This document shows, in pieces, positions 1 through 11,717 of a stretch of 64,000 nt of DNA (position 1 is its first letter; each line of letters starts with the position of its first letter). The notes under the pieces were generated by a model. That model did no database searches and was not told the DNA's origin. It worked only from the letters and a program-made list of their open reading frames with translations. The position numbers were made by a program, and so were the translations under genes. Origin of the DNA: Escherichia coli (GTDB lineage Bacteria; Pseudomonadota; Gammaproteobacteria; Enterobacterales; Enterobacteriaceae); the NCBI RefSeq assembly GCF_036507355.1, contig NZ_AP027877.1. The stretch is one strand, 5' to 3'.

Positions 1-20
1 AATTTCTACAAAACACTTGA

Positions 21-1161
<1,141 letters not shown>

Positions 1162-1189
1162 TCGTTCGTTATTGATGATAATAGATAAT

Positions 1190-1325
1190 GTGTGCACGGA
1201 CGGTCCCCTCGCCCCTTTGGGGAGAGGGTTAGGGTGAGGGGAACAGGCCAGCACTGGCGTGAAAAATTACTCTCACCTCGATCCTCTAACGAATTGGGCC
1301 TGCGGGAACATTCTGCACACTCATT
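1190..1325. repeat. GC-rich palindromic intergenic element in the recA-recX spacer (family not assigned)
   Basis: tgtgcacggacggtcccctcgcccctttggggagagggttagggtgagggg ... cctgcgggaacattctgcaca; internal inverted complementarity and imperfect terminal inverted repeats (tgtgca...tgcaca). Confidence 0.45.
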
Positions 1326-1355
1326 GACTATTAAATCTGTTTATCAGCAAAACCT

Positions 1356-1386
1356 GGGTCGCATCTGCGGCCCTTTTGCTTTTTTA
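1356..1386 (+). terminator. Rho-independent terminator/attenuator between recA and recX
   Basis: gggtcgcatctgcggccc stem-loop followed by ttttgctttttt, 18 bp before the recX start. Confidence 0.7.
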
Positions 1387-1403
1387 AGTTGTAAGGATAT
1401 GCC

Positions 1404-1904
1404 ATGACAGAATCAACGTCCCGTCGCCCGGCATATGCTCGCCTGTTGGATCGTGCGGTACGCATTCTGGCGGTGCGCGATCACAGTGAGCAAGAACTGC
1501 GACGTAAACTCGCGGCACCGATTATGGGCAAAAATGGCCCAGAAGAGATTGATGCTACGGCAGAAGATTACGAGCGCGTTATTGCCTGGTGCCATGAACA
1601 TGGCTATCTCGATGACAGCCGATTTGTGGCGCGCTTTATCGCCAGCCGTAGCCGCAAAGGTTATGGACCTGCGCGTATTCGCCAGGAACTGAATCAGAAA
1701 GGTATTTCCCGCGAAGCGACAGAAAAAGCGATGCGTGAATGTGACATCGACTGGTGCGCACTGGCGCGCGATCAGGCGACGCGAAAATATGGTGAACCTT
1801 TGCCAACTGTCTTTTCAGAAAAAGTTAAGATCCAGCGTTTTCTGCTCTATCGTGGCTATCTGATGGAAGATATCCAGGATATTTGGCGAAATTTTGCCGA
1901 CTGA
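1404..1904 (+). CDS. recX: RecA regulator RecX
   Basis: 166-aa [39 protein letters not shown]... directly downstream of recA. Confidence 0.95.
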   Translation: MTESTSRRPAYARLLDRAVRILAVRDHSEQELRRKLAAPIMGKNGPEEIDATAEDYERVIAWCHEHGYLDDSRFVARFIASRSRKGYGPARIRQELNQKGISREATEKAMRECDIDWCALARDQATRKYGEPLPTVFSEKVKIQRFLLYRGYLMEDIQDIWRNFAD

Positions 1905-2031
1905 ACGCATACGGTATTTTACTTCCCAGTCAAGAAAACTTATCTTATTCCCACTTTTCAGTTACCAGCCCGGCGGTTAAGACACGCTGGAGCTGGTGGC
2001 GATATTTCGTTAGCTTGATTTCAGGATAATT

Positions 2032-4662
2032 ATGAGCAAGAGCACCGCTGAGATCCGTCAGGCGTTTCTCGACTTTTTCCATAGTAAGGGACATCAGGTA
2101 GTTGCCAGCAGCTCCCTGGTACCCCATAACGACCCAACTTTGTTGTTTACCAACGCCGGGATGAACCAGTTCAAGGATGTGTTCCTTGGGCTCGACAAGC
2201 GTAATTATTCCCGCGCTACCACTTCCCAACGCTGCGTGCGTGCGGGTGGTAAACACAACGACCTGGAAAACGTCGGTTACACCGCGCGTCACCATACCTT
2301 CTTCGAAATGCTGGGCAACTTCAGCTTCGGCGACTATTTCAAACACGATGCCATTCAGTTTGCATGGGAACTGCTGACCAGCGAAAAATGGTTTGCCCTG
2401 CCGAAAGAGCGTCTGTGGGTTACCGTCTATGAAAGCGACGACGAAGCCTACGAAATCTGGGAAAAAGAAGTAGGGATCCCGTGCGAACGTATTATTCGCA
2501 TCGGCGATAACAAAGGTGCGCCATACGCATCTGACAACTTCTGGCAGATGGGGGACACTGGTCCGTGCGGCCCGTGCACCGAAATCTTCTACGATCACGG
2601 CGACCACATTTGGGGTGGCCCTCCGGGAAGTCCGGAAGAAGACGGCGACCGCTACATTGAGATCTGGAACATCGTCTTCATGCAGTTCAACCGCCAGGCC
2701 GATGGCACGATGGAACCGCTGCCGAAGCCGTCTGTAGATACCGGTATGGGTCTGGAGCGTATTGCTGCGGTGCTGCAACACGTTAACTCTAACTATGACA
2801 TCGACCTGTTCCGCACGTTGATCCAGGCGGTAGCGAAAGTCACTGGTGCAACCGATCTGAGCAATAAATCGCTGCGCGTAATCGCTGACCACATTCGTTC
2901 TTGTGCGTTCCTGATCGCGGATGGCGTAATGCCGTCCAATGAAAACCGTGGTTATGTACTGCGTCGTATCATTCGTCGCGCAGTGCGTCACGGCAATATG
3001 CTCGGCGCGAAAGAAACCTTCTTCTACAAACTGGTTGGTCCGCTGATCGACGTTATGGGCTCTGCGGGTGAAGACCTGAAACGCCAGCAGGCGCAGGTTG
3101 AGCAGGTGCTGAAGACTGAAGAAGAGCAGTTTGCTCGTACTCTGGAGCGCGGTCTGGCGTTGCTGGATGAAGAGCTGGCAAAACTTTCTGGTGATACGCT
3201 GGATGGTGAAACTGCTTTCCGTCTGTACGATACCTATGGCTTCCCGGTTGACCTGACGGCTGATGTTTGTCGTGAGCGCAACATCAAAGTTGACGAAGCT
3301 GGTTTTGAAGCAGCAATGGAAGAGCAGCGTCGTCGGGCGCGCGAAGCCAGCGGCTTTGGTGCCGATTACAACGCAATGATCCGTGTTGACAGTGCATCTG
3401 AATTTAAAGGCTATGACCATCTGGAACTGAACGGCAAAGTGACCGCGCTGTTTGTTGATGGTAAAGCGGTTGATGCCATCAATGCAGGCCAGGAAGCTGT
3501 GGTCGTGCTGGATCAAACGCCATTCTATGCGGAATCCGGCGGTCAGGTTGGCGATAAAGGCGAGCTGAAAGGCGCTAACTTCTCCTTTGCGGTGGAAGAT
3601 ACGCAGAAATACGGCCAGGCGATTGGTCACATCGGTAAACTTGCTGCGGGTTCTCTGAAAGTGGGCGACGCTGTGCAGGCTGATGTTGATGAGGCTCGTC
3701 GCGCCCGTATTCGTCTGAATCACTCCGCAACGCACCTGATGCACGCTGCGCTGCGCCAGGTTCTGGGTACTCATGTATCGCAGAAAGGTTCACTGGTTAA
3801 CGACAAGGTGCTGCGCTTCGACTTCTCACACAACGAAGCGATGAAACCAGAAGAGATTCGTGCGGTCGAAGACCTGGTGAACGCACAGATTCGTCGCAAT
3901 TTGCCGATCGAAACCAACATCATGGATCTCGAAGCGGCGAAAGCGAAAGGTGCGATGGCGCTGTTCGGCGAGAAGTATGATGAGCGCGTACGCGTGCTGA
4001 GCATGGGCGATTTCTCCACCGAGCTGTGTGGCGGTACTCACGCCAGCCGCACTGGTGATATTGGTCTGTTCCGCATCATCTCTGAATCGGGTACTGCTGC
4101 AGGCGTTCGTCGTATCGAAGCGGTAACCGGAGAAGGTGCTATCGCCACCGTTCATGCAGACAGCGATCGCTTAAGCGAAGTCGCGCATCTGCTGAAAGGC
4201 GATAGCAATAATCTGGCTGATAAAGTGCGCTCAGTACTGGAACGTACGCGTCAGTTAGAAAAAGAACTACAACAGCTTAAAGAACAAGCTGCCGCACAGG
4301 AGAGCGCAAATCTTTCCAGTAAGGCAATTGATGTTAATGGTGTTAAGCTGTTGGTTAGCGAGCTTAGCGGTGTTGAGCCGAAAATGTTGCGTACCATGGT
4401 TGACGATTTAAAAAATCAGCTGGGGTCGACAATTATCGTGCTGGCAACGGTAGCCGAAGGTAAGGTTTCTCTGATTGCAGGCGTATCTAAGGACGTCACA
4501 GATCGTGTGAAAGCAGGGGAACTGATTGGTATGGTCGCTCAGCAGGTGGGCGGCAAGGGTGGTGGACGTCCTGACATGGCGCAAGCCGGTGGTACGGATG
4601 CTGCGGCCTTACCTGCAGCGTTAGCCAGTGTGAAAGGCTGGGTCAGCGCGAAATTGCAATAA
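2032..4662 (+). CDS. alaS: Alanine--tRNA ligase
   Basis: 876-aa ORF with class II aaRS motifs; [24 protein letters not shown]... Confidence 0.97.
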   Translation: MSKSTAEIRQAFLDFFHSKGHQVVASSSLVPHNDPTLLFTNAGMNQFKDVFLGLDKRNYSRATTSQRCVRAGGKHNDLENVGYTARHHTFFEMLGNFSFGDYFKHDAIQFAWELLTSEKWFALPKERLWVTVYESDDEAYEIWEKEVGIPCERIIRIGDNKGAPYASDNFWQMGDTGPCGPCTEIFYDHGDHIWGGPPGSPEEDGDRYIEIWNIVFMQFNRQADGTMEPLPKPSVDTGMGLERIAAVLQHVNSNYDIDLFRTLIQAVAKVTGATDLSNKSLRVIADHIRSCAFLIADGVMPSNENRGYVLRRIIRRAVRHGNMLGAKETFFYKLVGPLIDVMGSAGEDLKRQQAQVEQVLKTEEEQFARTLERGLALLDEELAKLSGDTLDGETAFRLYDTYGFPVDLTADVCRERNIKVDEAGFEAAMEEQRRRAREASGFGADYNAMIRVDSASEFKGYDHLELNGKVTALFVDGKAVDAINAGQEAVVVLDQTPFYAESGGQVGDKGELKGANFSFAVEDTQKYGQAIGHIGKLAAGSLKVGDAVQADVDEARRARIRLNHSATHLMHAALRQVLGTHVSQKGSLVNDKVLRFDFSHNEAMKPEEIRAVEDLVNAQIRRNLPIETNIMDLEAAKAKGAMALFGEKYDERVRVLSMGDFSTELCGGTHASRTGDIGLFRIISESGTAAGVRRIEAVTGEGAIATVHADSDRLSEVAHLLKGDSNNLADKVRSVLERTRQLEKELQQLKEQAAAQESANLSSKAIDVNGVKLLVSELSGVEPKMLRTMVDDLKNQLGSTIIVLATVAEGKVSLIAGVSKDVTDRVKAGELIGMVAQQVGGKGGGRPDMAQAGGTDAAALPAALASVKGWVSAKLQ

Positions 4663-4896
4663 TATAAGCGTCAGGCAATGCCGTGGACTCGCTTCACGGC
4701 ATTCGCATTAACGCTATCGACAACGATAAAGTCAGGTTGAAGTTGTGTATATCGGCTAAACTTAGGTTTAACAGAATGTAATGCCATGACTGCTTAGATG
4801 TAATGTGTTTGTCATTGCTTACTTTTTGGCGTTATATGATGGATAATGCCGGGATACAGAGAGACCCGACTCTTTTAATCTTTCAAGGAGCAAAGA

Positions 4897-5082
4897 ATGC
4901 TGATTCTGACTCGTCGAGTTGGTGAGACCCTCATGATTGGGGATGAGGTCACCGTGACAGTTTTAGGGGTAAAGGGCAACCAGGTACGTATTGGCGTAAA
5001 TGCCCCGAAGGAAGTTTCTGTTCACCGTGAAGAGATCTACCAGCGTATCCAGGCTGAAAAATCCCAGCAGTCCAGTTACTAA
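4897..5082 (+). CDS. csrA: Carbon storage regulator CsrA
   Basis: 61-aa [64 protein letters not shown]. Confidence 0.97.
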
Positions 5083-5397
5083 TCTTTCCGCGTCTCATCT
5101 TTATCGGTGAGACGCACCCTCAAAATTTCTCCTTCACTCTATAGTCTTTTCGCTTTACTCCCGTTCATTCAACTTAAGTCTCCATTTTTTTACATTACTG
5201 CTATCTGTCAGACCTCCATTTTTCTGTTGATAAAACACTCTTTTTGACGTTTTTACAGACTAATTGAACGTGAAGTGTGCAAACGATAAAAGTGTGGGAA
5301 AAATTGTTTGACTTATAAGTCTCAGAAAGTAATATGTGCGCCACGCAGCGACGATGAGCGATAAACAAGTTCTTCGAAGCACTCGTAAGAGGCGTGT

Positions 5398-5490
5398 GGT
5401 GAGGTGGCCGAGAGGCTGAAGGCGCTCCCCTGCTAAGGGAGTATGCGGTCAAAAGCTGCATCCGGGGTTCGAATCCCCGCCTCACCGCCA
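5398..5490 (+). tRNA. serV: tRNA-Ser (anticodon GCU)
   Basis: 93-nt sequence ggtgaggtggccgagaggctgaagg...ctcaccgcca with long variable arm and anticodon loop ctGCTaa. Confidence 0.93.
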
Positions 5491-5493
5491 TTT

Positions 5494-5570
5494 GCATCCG
5501 TAGCTCAGCTGGATAGAGTACTCGGCTACGAACCGAGCGGTCGGAGGTTCGAATCCTCCCGGATGCACCA
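5494..5570 (+). tRNA. argV: tRNA-Arg (anticodon ACG)
   Basis: 77-nt gcatccgtagctcagctggatagagtactcggctACGaaccgag...ggatgcacca. Confidence 0.93.
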
Positions 5571-5634
5571 TCTCTTACTTGATACGGCTTTAGTAGCGGT
5601 ATCAAAAAATCTGCAGTAAAGTAAGTTTCCCGAT

Positions 5635-5711
5635 GCATCCGTAGCTCAGCTGGATAGAGTACTCGGCTACGAACCGAGCGGTCGGAGGTTCGAATCCTCC
5701 CGGATGCACCA
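5635..5711 (+). tRNA. argY: tRNA-Arg (anticodon ACG)
   Basis: Identical 77-nt tRNA-Arg copy. Confidence 0.93.
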
Positions 5712-5773
5712 TCTCTTACTTGATATGGCTTTAGTAGCGGTATCAATATCAGCAGTAAAATAAATTTCCCGAT

Positions 5774-5850
5774 GCATCCGTAGCTCAGCTGGATAGAGTA
5801 CTCGGCTACGAACCGAGCGGTCGGAGGTTCGAATCCTCCCGGATGCACCA
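5774..5850 (+). tRNA. argZ: tRNA-Arg (anticodon ACG)
   Basis: Identical 77-nt tRNA-Arg copy. Confidence 0.93.
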
Positions 5851-5952
5851 TATTCTCCGTAATCATCAGTGATGATGGTTAAGAAGGATTTTCTTACTTG
5901 ATATGGCTTTAGTAGCGATATCAATATCAGCAGTAAAATAAATTTTCCCGAT

Positions 5953-6029
5953 GCATCCGTAGCTCAGCTGGATAGAGTACTCGGCTACGAACCGAGCGGT
6001 CGGAGGTTCGAATCCTCCCGGATGCACCA
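5953..6029 (+). tRNA. argQ: tRNA-Arg (anticodon ACG)
   Basis: Identical 77-nt tRNA-Arg copy. Confidence 0.93.
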
Positions 6030-6144
6030 TATTCTCCGAAATCTTCAGCAATGAAGGTATCGAAGAGGTAGCGGAATTAACCGCAGGCACCAGGGATGAT
6101 AACGTTGCGCCAGCAACGGCCCGAAGGGCGAACGCCAGTGAGTC

Positions 6145-6162
6145 ATCCTCCCGGATGCACCA
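6145..6162 (+). repeat. Partial direct repeat of the tRNA-Arg 3' end (tRNA remnant or att-like scar)
   Basis: atcctcccggatgcacca matches the last 18 nt of the upstream tRNA-Arg genes, 115 bp after argQ. Confidence 0.6.
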
Positions 6163-6309
6163 TCTTCTCCAAAAAATTTCCTTCAAAAATATCTCATTTC
6201 TAAATAACTACTTTATCCATTTCCTGAATTTTCTTCTCCTTCGCCATCAGCGACAAAATCAAGCAATTACGCTAAAGTAGCGTCATATTTTTCGACTTGC
6301 GAGAAGACC

Positions 6310-6876
6310 ATGTACGAGCGTTATGCAGGTTTAATTTTTGATATGGATGGCACAATCCTGGATACGGAGCCTACGCACCGTAAAGCGTGGCGCGAAGTAT
6401 TAGGGCACTACGGTCTTCAGTACGATGTTCAGGCGATGATTGCGCTTAATGGATCGCCCACCTGGCGTATTGCTCAGGCAATTATTGAGCTGAATCAGGC
6501 CGATCTCGACCCGCATGCGTTAGCGCGTGAAAAAACAGAAGCAGTAAGAAGTATGCTGCTGGATAGTGTCGAGCCGCTTCCTCTTGTTGAAGTGGTGAAA
6601 AGTTGGCATGGACGTCGGCCAATGGCGGTAGGAACGGGGAGTGAAAGCGCCATCGCTGAGGCATTGCTGGCGCACCTGGGATTACGCCGTTATTTTGACG
6701 CCGTCGTCGCTGCTGATCACGTCAAACACCATAAACCCGCGCCAGACACATTTTTGTTGTGCGCGCAGCGTATGGGCGTGCAACCGACGCAGTGTGTGGT
6801 CTTTGAAGATGCCGATTTCGGTATTCAGGCGGCCCGTGCAGCAGGCATGGACGCCGTGGATGTTCGCTTGCTGTGA
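6310..6876 (+). CDS. yqaB: HAD-family sugar phosphatase (fructose-1-phosphate phosphatase YqaB)
   Basis: 188-aa ORF with HAD motif I FDMDGTILDTE. Confidence 0.9.
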   Translation: MYERYAGLIFDMDGTILDTEPTHRKAWREVLGHYGLQYDVQAMIALNGSPTWRIAQAIIELNQADLDPHALAREKTEAVRSMLLDSVEPLPLVEVVKSWHGRRPMAVGTGSESAIAEALLAHLGLRRYFDAVVAADHVKHHKPAPDTFLLCAQRMGVQPTQCVVFEDADFGIQAARAAGMDAVDVRLL

Positions 6877-7301
6877 GTGAAGCGTTATCGCTTTTCTCGT
6901 TGTTTGCCAGTGGTTTTCTCAGCGCTACACTATTACCCGGCAACTCCGAAGTCGTGCTGGTGGCAATGTTGCTTTCCGGGATCAGTCATCCCTGGGTTTT
7001 AGTTTTAACAGCAACAATGGGTAATAGCCTTGGAGGGTTAACTAACGTTATCCTTGGGCGTTTCTTTCCACTGCGTAAAACATCGCGCTGGCAAGAGAAA
7101 GCTACCGGCTGGCTGAAACGCTATGGTGCAGTCACGCTATTATTAAGCTGGATGCCCGTGGTTGGCGATTTACTGTGTCTGTTAGCGGGATGGATGCGCA
7201 TCTCCTGGGGGCCGGTAATCTTTTTTTTGTGCCTTGGTAAAGCGTTACGCTATGTTGCAGTTGCAGCAGCGACCGTTCAGGGCATGATGTGGTGGCACTA
7301 A
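6873..7301 (+). CDS. yqaA: DedA/SNARE-associated family inner membrane protein YqaA
   Basis: 142-aa hydrophobic ORF overlapping the yqaB stop by 4 bp. Confidence 0.85.
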   Translation: MSEALSLFSLFASGFLSATLLPGNSEVVLVAMLLSGISHPWVLVLTATMGNSLGGLTNVILGRFFPLRKTSRWQEKATGWLKRYGAVTLLLSWMPVVGDLLCLLAGWMRISWGPVIFFLCLGKALRYVAVAAATVQGMMWWH

Positions 7302-7346
7302 TTGTAGGCCTGCACATATGGTCACCATTACAGTTATGCTAATTAA

Positions 7347-8930
<1,584 letters not shown>

Positions 8931-8936
8931 CAGAAA

Positions 8937-9011
8937 AGAAAAAGGCCACTCGTGAGTGGCCAAAATTTCATCTCTGAATTCAGGGATGATGATAACAAAT
9001 GCGCGTCTTTC
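8937..9011 (-). ncRNA. micA: MicA (SraD) small regulatory RNA
   Basis: Minus-strand reading gives gaaagacgcgcatttgttatcatcatccctgaattcagagatgaaattttggccactcacgagtggccttttt, which matches the MicA sequence as I recall it; ends in a stem-loop plus U-tract. Confidence 0.8.
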
Positions 9012-9079
9012 ATATACTCAGACTCGCCTGGGAAGAAAGAGTTCAGAAAATTTTTAAAAAAATTACCGGAGGTGGCTAA

Positions 9080-9595
9080 ATGCCGTTGTTAGATAGCTTC
9101 ACAGTCGATCATACCCGGATGGAAGCGCCTGCAGTTCGGGTGGCGAAAACAATGAACACCCCGCATGGCGACGCAATCACCGTGTTCGATCTGCGCTTCT
9201 GCGTGCCGAACAAAGAAGTGATGCCAGAAAGAGGGATCCATACCCTGGAGCACCTGTTTGCTGGTTTTATGCGTAACCATCTTAACGGTAATGGTGTAGA
9301 GATTATCGATATCTCGCCAATGGGCTGCCGCACCGGTTTTTATATGAGTCTGATTGGTACGCCAGATGAGCAGCGTGTTGCTGATGCCTGGAAAGCGGCA
9401 ATGGAAGACGTGCTGAAAGTGCAGGATCAGAATCAGATCCCGGAACTGAACGTCTACCAGTGTGGCACTTACCAGATGCACTCGTTGCAGGAAGCGCAGG
9501 ATATTGCGCGTAGCATTCTGGAACGTGACGTGCGCATCAACAGCAACGAAGAACTGGCGCTGCCGAAAGAGAAGTTGCAGGAACTGCACATTTAG
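9080..9595 (+). CDS. luxS: S-ribosylhomocysteine lyase LuxS
   Basis: 171-aa [28 protein letters not shown]... with the HTLEH metal-binding motif. Confidence 0.96.
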
Positions 9596-9610
9596 TCAGT
9601 GGAACAAAAG

Positions 9611-9645
9611 AAGCCGGGCAGGTGACACCACCGCCCGGTTTTTTT
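9611..9645. terminator. Stem-loop terminator shared by convergent luxS and the HD-kinase gene
   Basis: aagccgggcaggtgacaccaccgcccggttttttt; hairpin followed by a T-run on the + strand. Confidence 0.65.
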
Positions 9646-10756
9646 ACCTTTCAATCACCCGATACTCCACGCTATGTGCTTCATCAGGTTGAGGAACTTC
9701 CAGCCTTGAGGCCATCCGCATCACGACCGCTTCAGGAACTGCATACTCGCGTCTGGCATTTTGCTGCTTCCATTGCGCCCATGGCACTTCAAGATAAACG
9801 ATTTTTACTCGTGCGCCGTAAGCCGTAAACAGGCTGATGAGCTGGCTACGCAGCTGGCGGGTAATGTTCGTTGCATTCCAGATGAACGGCTTTTTCTGGC
9901 GTAAAAAAACGCGCGCCTCTTCTTTTGCCTGTTGCACAATACGCCCGGTGGCGGTTTTGTCGTCCGGACTGGCATTGATTCGCCGCCGCATATCATCAAG
10001 GCTGATAACGTCCATTCCTTGGCACTGTTCATTGATATAGCGATCTTTGCCCATACCCGGTAAGCCACAGAGCAAAATAACCTCAAAAGGTTCAGCCTCC
10101 CAGGGAACAAAATCAGGAGAACTTTGCTCATGGGTCAGGTAATGCCAGCGTGCGGAATCAGACACGAACGAGCGCACTTTTCCCCAACACTGTTGCTCCT
10201 GGCAAAACAGCTCGAACAGATCGATGCGTTCCAGCATTGATTGCCGATCCGGGCTTTGGCGACCAAGCAGATCGGCACGAGCAAGCAAAGCGAGCAGACG
10301 CGTGTCGATGCGCATTGCAGCCGTGAGCAACAAACGCTCCGGTTCCGGACGTTCCAGTAACCATAGCGGTAACCCATGCAGACGCACCAGCGCAACAATT
10401 TGCTCGCGTAGCACGAACGGCGTAGGGATATCGCGCCATAAAATTTGTCGGGCCGTCAGCTCGCCCCGGCGTGCGTGGCCAGGCGACTGAATACGTCCGT
10501 TTTCCTTCACGGTAGTGCTGCGCTTTTCAACGTCATGCAATAACGCCGCCGCCCATAAAACTTCCTGCTGTTGAGCGGGGAGTTGCTGGAATACTGGCTG
10601 AGTAACAAGGGCGTTAAGCACCATTTCGGTATGCACGCCGACGTCACCTTCACCATGATGCTCCGGGTCTTGTGGCGTGTGATGCATCTCCTCAACCCAA
10701 CTGAAACGCTGGCGTAGTGTCGACCAGCGTTTATCGTCGGTAAGCTGCCAAATCAT
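9644..10756 (-). CDS. HD-domain phosphohydrolase fused to a P-loop polynucleotide-kinase-like domain (putative nucleic-acid end-healing enzyme)
   Basis: 370-aa ORF; N-terminal HD motifs (HH at ~33-34, H42, HD at ~74-75 in [10 protein letters not shown]); C-terminal Walker A GLPGMGKD (~231-238) and FIWNATN kinase-like motif; overlaps the upstream ligase gene by 4 bp. Confidence 0.7.
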   Translation of the reverse strand: MIWQLTDDKRWSTLRQRFSWVEEMHHTPQDPEHHGEGDVGVHTEMVLNALVTQPVFQQLPAQQQEVLWAAALLHDVEKRSTTVKENGRIQSPGHARRGELTARQILWRDIPTPFVLREQIVALVRLHGLPLWLLERPEPERLLLTAAMRIDTRLLALLARADLLGRQSPDRQSMLERIDLFELFCQEQQCWGKVRSFVSDSARWHYLTHEQSSPDFVPWEAEPFEVILLCGLPGMGKDRYINEQCQGMDVISLDDMRRRINASPDDKTATGRIVQQAKEEARVFLRQKKPFIWNATNITRQLRSQLISLFTAYGARVKIVYLEVPWAQWKQQNARREYAVPEAVVMRMASRLEVPQPDEAHSVEYRVIER

Positions 10757-11460
10757 GACTGTTCTCCATAAGCGAACTCATGGGCCATCCGCGCCCGTTG
10801 CCAGTGTCGTTTCCAGTGCACAGTGGTTTTGACATGATTTTTGCGCACATACTTGAAGACGTTATGCGAAAAGTCAGCGACGGAAAACGCATCACGATTC
10901 CGGCTGACAATGCCTTCCAGAGTACAGGGTTGCCCGGTTTGTGTATCCCAGGGATCGAATGCGCCGCGCGCATTGGTCAGCGCCAGAAAATCACGTTGCC
11001 AGTTTTTTTCATCATTCCCCGGCTGCGGGCCGGAGATTTCGGGAACGCAGGGGAAATCAAACAGGGCGGCGTAAAACTGCACCTCTTCCCAGTTCAGCCA
11101 CATATCCTGGCAGCGAACGGCAAACAGGTAAAAGTCCTGTTCCAGCGCGCGGTATTCAATGGAATGAACGGCGTAGAGATTTTCACCAAACAACTCCAGG
11201 TCGCCGAGATCGTTTTTCAGCAGTTGCCAACGCTGGCGAATTTTATAGGTCCATGCCGACTGCGTAGGCGCAGCATGGGAACGGGCAAACACACCGTAGC
11301 GGTTAAGGCAGTTATTTTCGCCGTCGAGTTTTTCTGTGTGCACCAATTGCGTGATGGCCTGTAAATCCTGCCAGTAATCGGCGTTAATGCGGTCATCGCT
11401 GGTGGTGCCAGGGGAGAAAGGATAATGCCAGGTTCTCCCGTATTTCCGTTGGGTATTCAT
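10753..11460 (-). CDS. Minimal ATP-dependent RNA/DNA-ligase-like nucleotidyltransferase (Rnl2-like NTase module)
   Basis: 235-aa ORF with ligase motifs I TEKLDGEN (candidate adenylylation lysine K44), III LFGENLY, IV LEGIV, V FKYVRK. Confidence 0.7.
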   Translation of the reverse strand: MNTQRKYGRTWHYPFSPGTTSDDRINADYWQDLQAITQLVHTEKLDGENNCLNRYGVFARSHAAPTQSAWTYKIRQRWQLLKNDLGDLELFGENLYAVHSIEYRALEQDFYLFAVRCQDMWLNWEEVQFYAALFDFPCVPEISGPQPGNDEKNWQRDFLALTNARGAFDPWDTQTGQPCTLEGIVSRNRDAFSVADFSHNVFKYVRKNHVKTTVHWKRHWQRARMAHEFAYGEQS

Positions 11461-11685
11461 AATAATCCATTATTTTGTGTGTAATAAATGTACGCCCGCG
11501 AGGGTGCGAGTTATGGGGTTAAAAGAAAAATGTGAGTATCACCCGCGAAAGCGAGGGCGAAGGAAAAAGAGAATTAACAACCTGAGCGAATGCTCAGAAC
11601 CGGTTAATGGTAAATGGAAGAGTTTGGGGCGGCGAAAAGATACACCGAATGAGAGGATAAAACAACCGTTTACAGAATGAGCAAA

Positions 11686-11712
11686 TAAAAAGGGAGCCGC
11701 AGCTCCCTTTGA
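11686..11712 (-). terminator. Rho-independent terminator downstream of emrB
   Basis: Minus-strand gggagctgcggctccc hairpin followed by tttttatttg, 6 bp after the emrB stop. Confidence 0.7.
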
Positions 11713-11717
11713 CAACC

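Noticed and set aside
1192-1407. 71-aa ORF in the recA-recX spacer
   Set aside because: It spans the palindromic element and the attenuator hairpin, has no RBS context and a proline/arginine/glycine-rich translation typical of GC-rich repeats.
1945-3774. 609-aa minus-strand ORF
   Set aside because: Lies entirely antisense to alaS, whose product is unmistakable; its translation is low-complexity with no recognisable domain.
5494-6029. Regularly spaced near-identical repeats resembling a CRISPR array
   Set aside because: The repeat units are complete 77-nt tRNA-Arg genes with cloverleaf structure and the spacers are themselves near-identical; this is a tandem tRNA array, and no cas genes are nearby.
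5201-6186. Three overlapping minus-strand ORFs (221, 85 and 106 aa)
   Set aside because: They run across the serV/tRNA-Arg genes and their repeated spacers; the repetitive translations are created by the tRNA sequences.
10780-11364. 194-aa plus-strand ORF
   Set aside because: Antisense to the ligase-like gene, which has the coherent motif set; no start context.
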